Positions 13,814 to 27,459 of a stretch of DNA of 64,000 nt are shown here, piece by piece. Under the pieces are notes generated by a model. That model was not told the DNA's origin and searched no databases. It saw only the letters and a list, made by a program, of their open reading frames with translations. The position numbers were made by a program, and so were the translations under genes. Location of the stretch: contig NC_043004.1 in the NCBI RefSeq assembly GCF_006345805.1, positions 104,284,001 to 104,348,000 on the forward strand. The letters are read 5' to 3'. Position 1 is the first letter of the stretch, and each line of letters begins with the position of its first letter. Origin of the DNA: Octopus sinensis (lineage: Eukaryota).

Positions 13814-14210
13814 CTAGCAGTATCGCCCGGCGTTGCTCGAGTTTGTAAGGGAAATAACTATATAAGCATTTTTAGAGAGTTATAGACAAAAAATAGCAAA
13901 AAAATGCATTAAAAATGGAAAAAAAAATTATGGTAAATTTTTTTTTAAATCGTTGATTCATCGTAGACATTTTTAGAGAATTACTTCCCTTATATAATAG
14001 CAAAAAATGCATTAAAAGGAAAAAATGATGGTCAATTTTTTTTTTAAATCGTAGACTCATCGTAGACGCGTGCTAATACCCAGAAGGGCTCGATATGAAT
14101 CACGACTATAAGATACCCGGTTTTGGTTAAACTGCACCGCAAAATGTGGGAGTAGTTAGGAATCTAAATCGTAGGAGACAGACACATAACTTCACTTTTA
14201 TATATAAAGA
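13814..14210 (-). mobile_element. Non-autonomous Helitron
   Basis: Minus strand starts TC (14210) after A and ends CTAG (13814) before T. GC-rich subterminal hairpin ctcgagcaacgccggg lies ~8 nt before CTAG. Internal ~100-bp tandem duplication. Confidence 0.8.
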
Positions 14211-14249
14211 TTATTTGTCATAAAGAAATGATAATTAATAAACATTTTT

Positions 14250-14600
14250 ATTTCTTTACTTATTCCAGTCATTTGATTGTGGTCATGCTGGAGCACCACC
14301 TTAAAGAAATCAACCTCAGGACATATTCTTTGTAAGCCTAGTACTTATTCTATGGGTTGCTTAGGTACAGGGACATAAACACACCAACATCAGTTGTCAA
14401 GTGATAGTGCCTCTCTCTCTCTCTCACTATATATATATACGATAGGCTTCTTTCAATTTCAAATAAATCTGCTCACAAGGCTTTGGTTGGTTTGACGCTA
14501 TAGTAGAAGACACTTGCTGAAGATGCCATGCTGTGGGACTGAACCTGGAACCATATGACTGGGAAGCAAGCATCTTACCACACAGTCACATCTGCACCTA
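14250..14600 (-). mobile_element. Older family A SINE copy (followed by another at ~14615-15020)
   Basis: Diverged match to family A. Confidence 0.75.
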
Positions 14601-14782
14601 TTTTTATCTATTTTTGGACTGCAGCCTTGTGAGGATACTTCCTTGAAGGGTTTCGTCAAATAAATCAACTTTTCAAATTTTTATACTTATTCTATTGGTC
14701 TCTTTTGCCAGTGTAAACAAATCAACATTGGTTGTCAAGTGGTTGTGGGGAATAAACGCAAATGCAAAAGACACTCTCACAT

Positions 14783-14848
<66 letters not shown>

Positions 14849-15371
14849 CACACACACACACATACACACACATGCACTTGACAGGCTTCTACACCATTTT
14901 TTGTCGACCAAATTCACTCACAAAGCACTGGTGAGCTCTGGGTGTGTTGTGCAGTGGGACTGAAACCAAAACCATGTGGTTGCAAAGCTAGCTTCTTAAC
15001 CACACAGCTATACCTGCACTTAGTCATACCTAAGAAGGCTACTGACCTTAAATGTAAAAATGACCTACAAAGTCTGTCTATATTTGATAGATTGTCTGGA
15101 AGTAAAGGTAGAAAGTAACAGCAATGTTTGGTTGAAAGTCATTCATTTGAACCTTCCCTTCACATACTTGGAATTTTTTATGAATGGTGGAATGTCACTT
15201 AGCTTTGTCTTGTTTATATAATTGCCTATTGTAAAAGGAACCTTCTAATTTTCTTATCTGCATATTGTTTACATAAATTATTTGATTTCACTTTATGATT
15301 GATACTAACCTGCCTAAAACAGCCCCTGATTCTGTAACATTAACTTTTTGTTATAAAGAGATCTAATTTAA

Positions 15372-15594
15372 TCCTTTTTATACCAACTCGGCTGAAACCA
15401 TCCTTGGCTTTGTTGTACAATTGTCTTGTTTCCATAAGTTTTGAATTAAAATCTTCCACCAAAACATTAGTCACAATACATGTTCCTAATACTAGCTTAG
15501 TGATAACTAAGTTATTTTATTAAATTCTTTATTATATTTAAAGCCAATTGAAAGAAACACAGAGCATCTCAAAATAAATACAGTAACGAAAGGG
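15372..15594. mobile_element. piggyBac-like MITE with TTAA target duplication, nested in an older relative (~15295-15755)
   Basis: TTAA at 15368-71 and 15595-98; termini TCCTTT.../...AAAGGG. The flanks rejoin into a homologous sequence (ttaa|aatcttccatcaaaa vs internal ttaaaatcttccaccaaaa). Confidence 0.65.
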
Positions 15595-18451
15595 TTAAAA
15601 TCTTCCATCAAAATTTTATGGTAATTTATGTTCTAAACATCAGCTTAATTATGACAAAGTTGATTTTCCTAAATTCCTAAATTCTTCATTATTTTAAAAA
15701 TTAATTGACACAAAGGCAGTGTATTTCAACAAATATATAGCAACAAAAGTGTTAGATATGACAAATGGAATTGTGTATGTTTTGGTTTAGTTGATGAAGC
15801 TTGCATTCTTGTGAATTTGGATTATTCTTAGGATAAGAACTACAAACACATTATTACAAATAGAAGTACATCTTTGCTGAGATGTGTTATATGTGGACAA
15901 TTCTTCTAAGAAAGGTTCTTTTTATTTATTCTGGCAACAAACTAAACATTGGGATGTTCTTCCATTTGACATTCCATTGTCTGGTTTGATTGATCTATTG
16001 AAATGCCACACCAAAATGATGTTATTAAATGACTTGTACACCATGCCTCCAGAAGTAATCACACATCAGTGACTGCTGCTCTTTGATACAAATTCAATGA
16101 CAGTAATTTCTTGTTTATTCATAGCAACACAGACCAGCCTTTCTGCCCCTGATTTTACACAATTGCAGCACTCTTTAAATATCATTCATTCATCTAACTG
16201 AAACAGCCAATCCTTTCTAAAGGACAGGGATCCAGGGAGCTGATTGTTGTTGTTGTTATTTAGCACACAGGGCATCCCTATTCAGGAGACTTATTTATGA
16301 TCATCGGCACTGCAACTGTGACTATCCCAACTACAGTATTCAATGTTGTCATCTCCGCCTTTTCTTTCCATTTTTTTTTTTTTTTTGAGATGGCAGGGTA
16401 TATTTTGAAAGAGATTTGGTTATTTTGAGCAGGTTTAATAACCACATAAAAGCACTCTCATTAGCTTGTCTGCTAGCTAGTCTGCCTTCCAAGGAGTTGG
16501 TATTTATCTCTAGTTTCAATAGTATTGAGTGAATAAGTGGTAAGCTTTCACTTAGATTGGTCATCTTTGCTATGGGAACAATTAAACTCAGAGTAACACT
16601 TGACAGTTTCATGGTATTGATTTTGTTTATTGCTGTGAATTATATCACCCAAAGTACTTACCTATAGCAAGGTGAACTCAATTGTTAATATAGATAGAAA
16701 CAGCCACAGTAAAATAATGCAAATTGCTGTCTTCCTTGCACTGCCATTTCATATGATATATATTAAATAAACCAACAGATGAGCGTCTTTTCAGTTGCTC
16801 AGCCTGAAGAAATAATAGCCAAATCTTCCTCAAATTACCTCTTACTGTCCTACAAAATCACAGACATATTGCACAAGATAGTGCTAGATATATTGTGACA
16901 AATAAAAGAAAATTAGGATGATTGCAACTAAAATGTATCTCATCATAGGTTTGGGGGGCTAAACAATAAGAGGGCATCCATACAGTTGTTCAATGGTTAG
17001 AAATAACAGCCAAATATCTCTCAAATTGCATCCTACCTTTTAAAAATATTAAGAGAACACAATGGATAATGTAGTCGCAGATATTGGTGGGAGCTTGCTT
17101 ATGGTGTGTGTTTACTGAAAGCCATCGTCACATGGTTGGTCGTTAGAAAGAAGGATGTTGTATCCTTAAATTGAATGAAAGACCAGGCTGGCTGCATGTG
17201 TTATTAATGAAACAAATTCATGAATGTTCAACCATATTTTGTCGATCACAAAACTATGCATATGAATATGCAAATTATCACAAATTCGCTGGTTATCAGA
17301 ATATTTAGTAGAGAAAATAACAGCCTATACTTAAGAGTAATAAATTTGGTTTTGTATCCGTGGAAGATGATTAAGACATATTTTTATGTGGAGGAAATCA
17401 TTTTATATTTGAAATTCTTCAATTCTAAGCCATGATGTTTGTAAAGTTTTAGTTAGAAAGCTGAATGTAAAACACTGTTCAGGCAGCTGCTGGATCCTTC
17501 TCCAAATTTGCATAAAGTGCTGAAGCGAAGGCTTTTACTGTTAGATATTCTTATCAATGTCAACATCCAGATGAATTTTTCCATTCACGATAGAACCCCA
17601 CCCCCACCCCTTCCCACACAAAAATCTCCATACCTTCCTTGAAACTCACATAGATGGCACTAAGCCTGGAGGAAACTCTGATTACCATCACAACTTCATA
17701 CTCATACAGTTAATTGTAGCAACAAAAAGAAAAAGAAAAGACCAACATAAATGTACAAAGCATTGGAATAGTTAATTTGGTATATTTTTTACATCTGTTT
17801 ACTTGTCTCCGCCTCTATTGTATGTATGTATGTTTATGCATATATATATATATAGAAAGAAATAAAACAATAAGTAAAAAGACTTAGAAATTCCAAGCTG
17901 GTTTCTACTGAGTTTAAGGCCACTGGGAGTGAGAGAGGCACCTCTTAACCTTTATTTTTGCATGTCTCTTGAAGAAGGTTATGAAACTTTTTAACATTGC
18001 TAAATAAAGATCTTGTTTTGGCTTGTCTGTAGGTTCTTTGGCTTTAATAGTGAGAGTTGTGCAAGCTGTTTCTGTTTTAAATTTCATACTGACATTACTG
18101 ACAGTATGTTTTCTAGTCACCAGTGATGGCCATATTTTCGATCAGCAAGTCGACAGCTATCATAGAGTATATATATTATTGCTATTATGCAAAAGTGTTG
18201 AAAGTCCAAAACTTAGCTTTTTCAGAAAGCATAAAAATATTTTCACCATTCCATGGCAAAGCCGTTCTACTACACTTTGACAGTTTTTTCTATCTTGGTA
18301 TCTGAAGCAATTGGAGATACACTAGTTTGACCAAAAGAACCAGCTTATTGCAAGCAAAAATATATATTTGAAAAAACGCATTTGGCCAAATTTGGAAATA
18401 CAACAGTTTGACATAATAGCAACGATATATATATATATAAAAAATATATAT

Positions 18452-19113
18452 ATGGAGGAGAAAAAGATGTTGAATCAAAATTAGATTTAATACAAAATAG
18501 GATTCAATACATATGCGCATTTCAAAGGACAATACAAATATGTAAGAAAATGTTATAACCATAGTAGTTATACTTAAATTTATGCATTGTCATTTTCATC
18601 AGTGTAAAGAATTTTCTACTAGTCCACCTGTTACATTATATTCTACTATACACACATGGCCCTGTTTATTATACTTTGTCTCAACCTGTTACCATTGTTT
18701 TAAACATACCAACATACCTGTTAGCTTTCATTCTTATTTTTATGTTATAGTTTTACCTCACATATAGACGTGCATACACATTGATGTATCTGTCTCCCCA
18801 CCCCCACACTTTTGGTCTCTCTTACTATTATTATTACTGTTACTTTTCCCCTTTTAAAACTTGCTTGCAAATATCAAAATTTTCCCCCCTATTACCCCAT
18901 TTGTATCCTCCCTTATTTTTTTTAAACCTTTTTTTTGATGTCCTTACAAAAATTCTTCACACTGATAAAAATGACAATGCATAAATTTAATTATAATTAC
19001 TATGGTTATAATTTTTTTCTTACATATTTGTATTGTCCTTTGAAACGTGCACATGTATTGAATCCTATTTTGTATTAAATCTAATTTTGATTCAACATCT
19101 TTTTCTCCTCCAT
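18452..19113. mobile_element. Fold-back element with ~165-bp inverted arms (18452-18615 / 18949-19113) and degenerate hammerhead-like core; Penelope-like
   Basis: Arms are reverse complements. Minus strand 18568-18607 reads ttaca-CTGATGA-aaatgacaatgcat-AAA-tttaag-TA. Confidence 0.6.
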
Positions 19114-19170
19114 TTTTCTATAATTGTTTATGGTATTTTTATACCTATAACAATATCTTTCAATATATAT

Positions 19171-19202
<32 letters not shown>

Positions 19203-19211
19203 CTTCACTTT

Positions 19212-19538
19212 TGGCACTTAGTGGCTTATGATGACAAAGGTTCCAGTTGATCCGATCACAGAACAGCCTGCTTATGAAATTAACATGCAAGTGGCCGAGT
19301 ACTCCACAGACACACACACCCGTAAGATAAGTCTCAGGGAGATTCAGCATGACACAGAGTGTGACAAGGCTGACCCTTTGAAATACAGGTACAACTCAAT
19401 TTTGGCAGCTGAGAGGACTGGAGCAACGTAATATAAAGTGTCTTGCTCAAGGACACAACACACTGCTGGGAATTGATCTCATGACCTTGTGTTACGATCA
19501 TGAACCAAATACATTAACCACCAGGTCATACACCTTCA

Positions 19539-19539
<1 letters not shown>
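19212..19539 (-). mobile_element. Family C SINE
   Basis: Reverse complement of the 5826-6150 type. Confidence 0.8.
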
Positions 19540-19580
<41 letters not shown>

Positions 19581-20169
19581 GTGTGTGTGTATGGATTTGG
19601 TCATAATAATGTATCTAGGACTAGTCATTGTAAGATAATAAAACACAAATGAATTTACCAGAACAAGCTTTATGCATTCACTTTACCTGGGCACAATAGG
19701 CCATGAGAATTTAACTAGCTTATAGAGACAGTTACCGGGTTTTATCACACACACACACATGCTGTGGCTCTTTCACTGATTCCTGTCATTGGATTACAAC
19801 TATACCGGAGCGCAACCTTCAAGGTTTTAACCAATTATATCAACCAGTAGTGTATGGTGTTGCCATGAGGAGTGCAACCATGCTAAACCTGCTACTCTGG
19901 CGTAAGTGTGATTTGAAAATAAACTTTCGCCCATGTCTGTATATAATAAATCATTTTCAATCTGATGCAGTCTTTGTTTCTGAGTGTGTATTATTAGACC
20001 TGAAAATGAATTTACAACCAGATTTATATCAGGATATTGCATGAGCAGAATTATTGTTATAAAGAAAATGTGCCATCTTTAATGAGTGTGTGTGCACTGC
20101 ACACCATTATTATATGTACTCTAATATCAATTTCAAAAGAGGAAAGGATATCTTTTTATTATATTATTA

Positions 20170-20206
<37 letters not shown>

Positions 20207-20419
20207 TTGTTGTTGTCATTAGATTGTGGTCATGCTGGGGCACTGTCTTGAAAGGTTTAGTTGAACAAATTGACATCAGAACTTATTTTCTTTTGTTTAA
20301 AGTCTGGTGCATATTATATCAGTCACTTGTGGCTGAATTGCTATGTTAGAAGGAGGTAAATAAGCCAACACCAGTTGCCAAGTGTTGGTGGGGGACAAGC
20401 ACAAAGACAAATGTTCCTT

Positions 20420-20752
20420 TCATCATCATCATCATCATTGTTTAACATCCGCCCTCCATGCTTGCATGGGTTGGATGGTTTGACTAGGGTCTGGCAAACC
20501 AGGAGGCTACACAAAGCTCCAATCAGATCTGGCAATGTTTCTACAGCTGGATGCCCTTCCTAACACCAACCACTCCAAGAGTGTAGTGAGTGCTTTTTAT
20601 GTGCCACTGGCACAGGAATCAGACGGGGTGAGAGGACTGGCATCGACCACGTTTGGATGGTGCTTTTTATTGCCACCAGCACAGGGGCCAGTCGGGGTGA
20701 GGGGGCTGGCATCAACCACGTTTGGATGCTGCTTTTTATGTGCCACCAACAC
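20420..20752 (-). mobile_element. RTE 3' UTR-derived short element with 3 tandem units
   Basis: Matches the 49095-49258 tail and carries three gcttttta(t)gtgccac units related to the 48420-49095 array. Confidence 0.75.
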
Positions 20753-20758
20753 AAGATT

Positions 20759-20806
<48 letters not shown>

Positions 20807-21029
20807 CATACATACATACATACATACATACATACATACATGCACACAGTTTCCATCTGGAGCATCGCTTTGCAAGATTTAATCCCCAGTACTCATTTTT
20901 TAAAAGTCTGGTACTTTATTCTATTGGTCTTTTTCACCAAACTGATAATTTATGGGGATGTAAACAAACTAACAGTGGTTATCAAGTAGTTTGTGGAGAG
21001 GACAACATAAACACATGCACACATATTTG

Positions 21030-21355
21030 TTTTGCAAGATTCCTGATGTGAAATCACGTATTGAAACAAATATTGTTATATTTTGGGATGATCATTTCTT
21101 TTTGTGTCGAATAAACACACGCTCTGTGTATTCGTTCTTCACCTCAGCTTTATTATTGCTTTTATTTTATTGTCATTTATCTAAAATCTTTCATCACACA
21201 TCCTGTGACCTCTTCAGTGATTCTACATTCCATGTCTCTCCTCCATTCACTGAAGAGGTCACCAGATGTTTGATGAAAAATTTCAGACAAAGGACATTAA
21301 AATAAGCACAATAATAAAGCTGAAGGGAAGAACGAATATAGAGTGCATGTTTATT
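21030..21355. mobile_element. Fold-back element with hammerhead-like motifs in both arms (21110-21220 / 21247-21355)
   Basis: Right arm tca-CTGAAGA-ggtcac-cagatgt-ttgat-GAAA-AATT-TC; left arm is the mirror image. The 3' extension is homologous to 32200-32290. Confidence 0.7.
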
Positions 21356-21387
21356 TGCCACATACAAAAAAAAAAGAAAAAACATCC

Positions 21388-21539
21388 ATGGTGTGTGGTA
21401 AGAAGCTTGCTTCCCAACCACATGATTCTGAGTTCAGTCCCACTGCATGGCACCTTGGGCAAGTATCTTCTACTATATCCTCGGCCGACCGAAGCTTTGT
21501 GAGTGGATTTGGTAGACAAAAGCTGAAAGAAACCCATTG

Positions 21540-21574
<35 letters not shown>

Positions 21575-21793
21575 GTATGTATGTGTTTGTTGTTTGTGTC
21601 TGTGTTTGTACCTCTACTATCACTTGACAACTGATGTTGGTGTGTTTACGTCCCTGTCTGTTAGCGGTTCAGCAAAAAGTGATCGATAGAATAAATACTA
21701 GGCTTCCAAAGAATAAGTCCTGGGGGTGATTTATTTGACTAAAAGTGGTGCTCCAGCATGGCCACAGTCAAATGACTGAACCAAGTACAAGAG
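21388..21793 (+). mobile_element. Family A SINE
   Basis: Full alignment to the family A pattern. Confidence 0.85.
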
Positions 21794-22224
21794 TATCCCA
21801 AAATATGACAATACAATATATATACACACATAATGGTCTTTCTGTCTTCCAAATCCACAAATTCATCCACACAGTATTGGTTAGCCTGGGGGCTATTTTT
21901 GGAAGAAAATTACCCAAGGTTCCATGCAGTGGAACTGAACCTGAAACCACATAGTTGTGAAGCAAGCTTCTTAACCACACAGCCATGCTTGTGGCTACTG
22001 GTGATATTTCAAATATTGTCTACAGCTGATTGAGCACAGTTTCAGTTTACATCTAAAGAACAGCTGTAATTGAGTGAATATTAATTTCAGTTGATTATCA
22101 ATAACCGCTATTCACTTTATCAACTTGCTCAATAAAAAAAACAAAAAAAAAAAACTCACACTGATAAGTGCTCAGTTTTATTTTCATATGGAGCTTTTAT
22201 GGATATTGTGGGTTAGTCCACATC

Positions 22225-22457
22225 ATTCTGTAAGGAGCTCAGCGCTAGTTTCCCAGTTTCCCTGGTGTGTATGTTCTTCCTTGGACGAAATGCCAGTCTG
22301 TCACAGGGTTACCCATTTTTACCAGCTGAGTGGACTGGAGCAATGTGAAATGAAGTGTTTTGCTCAAGAACAAAACACATGATCCAGTCCAGGAATTGAA
22401 ACCACAATCTTACAATCACGAGCTTTACACCGTAACCACTAAACCATGTGCCTCCAC
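22225..22457 (-). mobile_element. SINE with family C head/body and V-domain-like 3' part
   Basis: Minus strand reads tRNA head, family C body, then aaccctgtgacagactggcatttcgtccaagg, resembling the V-SINE domain (from memory). Confidence 0.6.
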
Positions 22458-24674
22458 ACTGTGGGTACTGTAGAAGAATGAAAATAATGGATTGAATAGC
22501 ATTTGGTGCACTAAAGCACCCCTACAGTGTGTATAAATTGCTAGATGTACAGAAGAACAGTCTATAGAAGAACTGTAGAAGAACTGTAAGGAATCTGATG
22601 TAAATTGTCCTTTTAAGGAAAGAGAGTGATGGAAAAGAAGAATTAAATAACCTTCAGATGCACACAATCAGTTTATTACTGTTATTGTTCCTTGTGATGT
22701 CTGTGGAGATTAGGATAATAATTTGTGTTAGTAAGGGCATCTAATTGCATAATAATTAAGTGTTAGTTGAACATATGGTTGTATTTACAGTTTACTGTCG
22801 TATTTGATGTTTCTTTGTGTATTTGTGTGTGCGCGCATGTGTGTGTGTGTAAGCGTTTGTGTGAGTGAGTGAGCATGTGTGATCATTTGTGTGTGTGTGT
22901 GCATTAATGTATGTGTATGTGTGTGTGTGTGAGATAGAGAAAGAGAGGGAGAGAGAGAGAGAAAGAAAAAGACATAAAACATTTTGTTAACAGAACCTAC
23001 TATAATATGATTTTGTAAAACTTAAACTATTATTGCTGTCTGTGCTAGAATGGAAATTTATGTGAAAAAGAAAAAAACGCTGTAAAAAAGTAAATAAAAC
23101 ATAATTCCTGGAAGCTACAAAAAAACCAAATTTTCATATTCCTTTACCATACTCTGAATTAAATCTTTAACAACTCATCACCCACTGTTGCCCTTGTACC
23201 AAAGTTGTTTGCTTTCATAGAATTTTTTTTTCCTGGCTAGTGAGGGAATCTCTGGTGATCTATAATTTATATTTCACCTGTTAACCAAACTGAAAAATGA
23301 ACTGGCCTTGAGTATGAGTTCAAAATGTTCAAAGAGAGGAACAAATTATTTGGCCATGAAATGTTTTTCATCAAAGAGAGATAGATTGAAATAACTGTTT
23401 CTTGTGTTTTTATTCAACCCTACTAGTAAAGCTCTTTCCAACAAAAAGTATCCACCACCACCACCACCACCACCATCACAATGGAAATATAAAACAAAAC
23501 AGATCTATCCTTTTCCTCACATCAAAATTGATATATGGTTAACTCCCTCTTATCTGGCACTCAAATAACCAGCACCCAGAAGAAAAAAAAAAAAAGAAAA
23601 GAAAATGTGTTGTTAATGAGAGCCAAGAGAATTTGTGCTAATTTGTGCTAATTAATGAATTGTTATTAAAAGAATGAAAGTTTCTCCTGTGTCTAAAATA
23701 GATCACTGCTTCTCGAAGTATGGAGCAGTATTTTATTTTTATTGCATCTACAATACCTGCCTTTTATTAGGTTAATAAAACTTGTCCTTTACTTAAATTA
23801 TATTTTTTATTTCCTTCCATTTCTCTCATTTCTATTATATTCAGAATATTGGTTTCAAATAACGGCACAGGCCAGAAATTTCAAGGGAGGGGGTAAGTCA
23901 ATTACATCAACCCCAATGCACAACTGGTACTTATTTTATTGACCCCAAACGAATAAAAGGCAAAACCTACATTGGCAGAATGTAAGGATCAATGAAATGC
24001 TGTGAAGCATTTTGCCTGGCATAAAAGTTCGTCGCCTTACTATATTTAAAATATTAACAATAATATTGATATATATATTTACAAAGTTTTTGTGAGTTTT
24101 CTAAGGTGCTGATGGTAATTTAAAAAGTGATGATCAGATATCCAGAGAGAATTTGACTGTCCAGAAATTCTCCAGTCTCCAGGTGCTTGCTAGATAGGAG
24201 AGAATTTACACTTTTCCACTTAAACATTTTTATACTTGCTATTTGCTAATGTAGACCATCTCTAGCAGACTTAGTATTCTACTGTTTCACTTTGAGTGTA
24301 ATTCCTTTATAACTTGAGTTACCACAAAGTTTTGGGTAAGCTAGGTCTACATCGATGCTTATGGCATTTGAAATGACTTTTAAGAGACATTCTACAATTT
24401 CTTTCTCCTTCCTATATTCTGACATTCTCTATTTGTCTATTTCCTTTCATCACCACCCACTCCCTTCCATCTTCAAGGTTCCTGCTTCTTCAACTACTCC
24501 ACTCTTCCGGAATTGGTGCGCTGTTTTACCAAATACTTTATCTTACATTAGGATGATATACTAATTGACTAAATTCTAACACACGCACACACACTCACAC
24601 ACACACGCACTCACACATATGCACACACAAAGGTTCATAGAGTAACTGTCAAAATGAATTCTAATTTGTATTTA

Positions 24675-25000
24675 TCTTTTACATGGTTCAGTAAGTAGGC
24701 TGTGGCCATGCTGGGTCACCCGTCTTGGAGAATTTTTATTTGAATGAATCAACCCCAGTGCTTATTCGTTTAGTTTTCAGCTTGGTGCTTATTCTATTAC
24801 TCTCTTTTGCTGAACCTCCAAGTTATAGGGACATAAACACACCAACACCAGTTGTCAAACAATGGTGGGGGATAAACACAGGCACAAAGTCACACAGACA
24901 CACACGTACATGACCAGCTTCTTTCAGATTCCATCTACCAAATCCATTCACAAGACCTTGGCCAGCCCAAGGCTCTAGTAGAAGACACTTGCCCAAGGTG
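24675..25000 (-). mobile_element. Family A SINE, 5'-truncated
   Basis: Diverged match to family A. Confidence 0.7.
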
Positions 25001-25522
25001 TTTGATTCTCACGATCAGTGGAACTATAACCATGAAACACAGTCGTCAAATTAAGTGCCTTTTCTCTAAATAATTATTTGTTTACTTTTCAAACTTATAT
25101 GTTCCTTTTTTCATAGCACTCCTTTACAATTCCCTTCTTGATGTTTCCATTGATTATATATTTGAAGCTTTCCACTCAACTGATCAAACGATTGTCATTT
25201 TCCGATTCCACACGTATTTATTTGTATTATTGTTTCGTGAATGAATTTGCTTACACCTTCTATTATCTGTCTTGATTTCATTTTCCGTCTGAGAGAAATT
25301 AGGCATTTTAATGGGTACTGGGAATATCCCTGCTCCTGGGTATAACCAGGTACCTCAGCTAGTATGCATATAGGTGCAGGCATGACTATGTGGTTAAGTT
25401 CACTTTGAAAGCCTGTAGTATCAGGTTCAGTTCCACCACATGGCACCTTGAGAAAGCATCTTCTACCTTGGCTGACCAAAGTCTTGTGAGTTACTTTGTT
25501 TGACAGAAACTGAAAAAAACAC

Positions 25523-25561
<39 letters not shown>

Positions 25562-27412
25562 CTCTTTGTTTTGATATCATGCAAAATGCACTGATTGTAA
25601 ACAGCTACCATGGCTTTATTTGTTTACAATCTTCTGTGGAAAAATACTTGATCATTGAGCTGTTTGTATAAAAAGGGGAAATATTACCTTATTTGGAAAC
25701 AGGCAATTACAGAAAAGTGGTTGTTAAAATGATGATTATTATATATTTATGTATATCTATATTTATATATGTATGGCATGTAGGTTCAAGCACATAACCG
25801 CAAAACTAAATGGAGATAAATATAGTTAATACCAAAGGTAGAGTGAAATATCAAATTTTGTTGAAATTGAATATAATTCATTACTCTGAGAGATGATGCA
25901 CCTCTTGTGTTTTTCCAGTTTTATCAGTTTCTTCCAAAGATTGGTAATGTGAAACTCAAAGCAACAATTTGTAAGGTTTTATAGTTTCAGTAAAATTTTA
26001 CACACATATATATATGAGTGTGTGTGTGTGTGTGTGTGAAGAAAGATTTCCCTAAATTTGAAATTATTAATTATCTTTAAAAAATCTTCAAAAATATGTC
26101 TTACACATTCTGTTTTTTAAGATTTCTCTATAATTTATAATTTTTGATTTAAGAAAATCTTTCTTCAAATACTGTGACTATATCAAGAATTCTTTCTCAA
26201 AAAATTGTTAAATATGTATTTATAAGAGCACATTTGCATTTATGTGTGTTATACAAACATGTATATATGCAATTCCATGCATATATGCAAATGTAATGCA
26301 CATTATAAACATATGTTCATGTACATTCTTCATATTGCTTTCATAAATACACATAAGGCATATAAATCTAGTACATTTGGATCAATGAGGGAGCCTGTAG
26401 CATATGGTCAGTTGAGCTTTTTGGAAATCTTGGCCAAATTAACCCACAAATCACTTCATTAGTGTCATGAATAATGAAGGTTACAATAAAGAATGTATTT
26501 CCCTAATTTACAAGAAGTCAGGATGGCCTTGGCTGGAATGCTTTCAATCATAGGTTTTCTGGTTCAATACTGCCTAAGGTCTTAGGTCAGTCATGTGCTC
26601 TGGGACCCATATTGCTGGAGCTTAACCTGATTTCCATGACTGAGATGAAAACACTCCCCCTTGTATGTGGACTGCGTTAGTTGTAAACAACATCATACAT
26701 ACATACCATAAGTATAAATAAATGCAGATGTAAAAAAAAATGTGTACATATTTCTATTGTTTGCATAAAATATAACCACTTATATACAAACATATGTAAC
26801 TGCAGTTATGTTCTTGCATTGAGACATGCATTTTTCTGCACAATACCTATTTCATAGTTAGTGATAAATACGCATTACTAAACACCTATAAACAAATATT
26901 CATACAAATACACAAACTTAATAAACATACATATACACAAATATATATATATATATATATGTATATATATGTATAAACCTCATATATACAAATTCTTTCA
27001 TGTAGTCATTCATTCATCACATATATATATATATATATATATACATACATATATGCGTACATCTATATATATACTCACACACATATTTATGTGTGTATAT
27101 ATATATATATATATATCTATGTGTGTATATATATAAAAATATATACAGGCATTCAATAAGTACACATAGAAAGTTAAGTGATATAAACACCACTTCACAA
27201 CATTAATCACACACAAATGTGCATAAAGAACACTATACACACATTTATATTCACTGAATCCATTCACATATACATACACATGTACATGACTATACATACA
27301 TATACATGTATACATATGTATGCGTGTGTGTGTGTATGTGCAAATATATATATATATATTATATATATATATATACACACACACATACACTCACACACAC
27401 ACAGAGTATATT

Positions 27413-27459
<47 letters not shown>

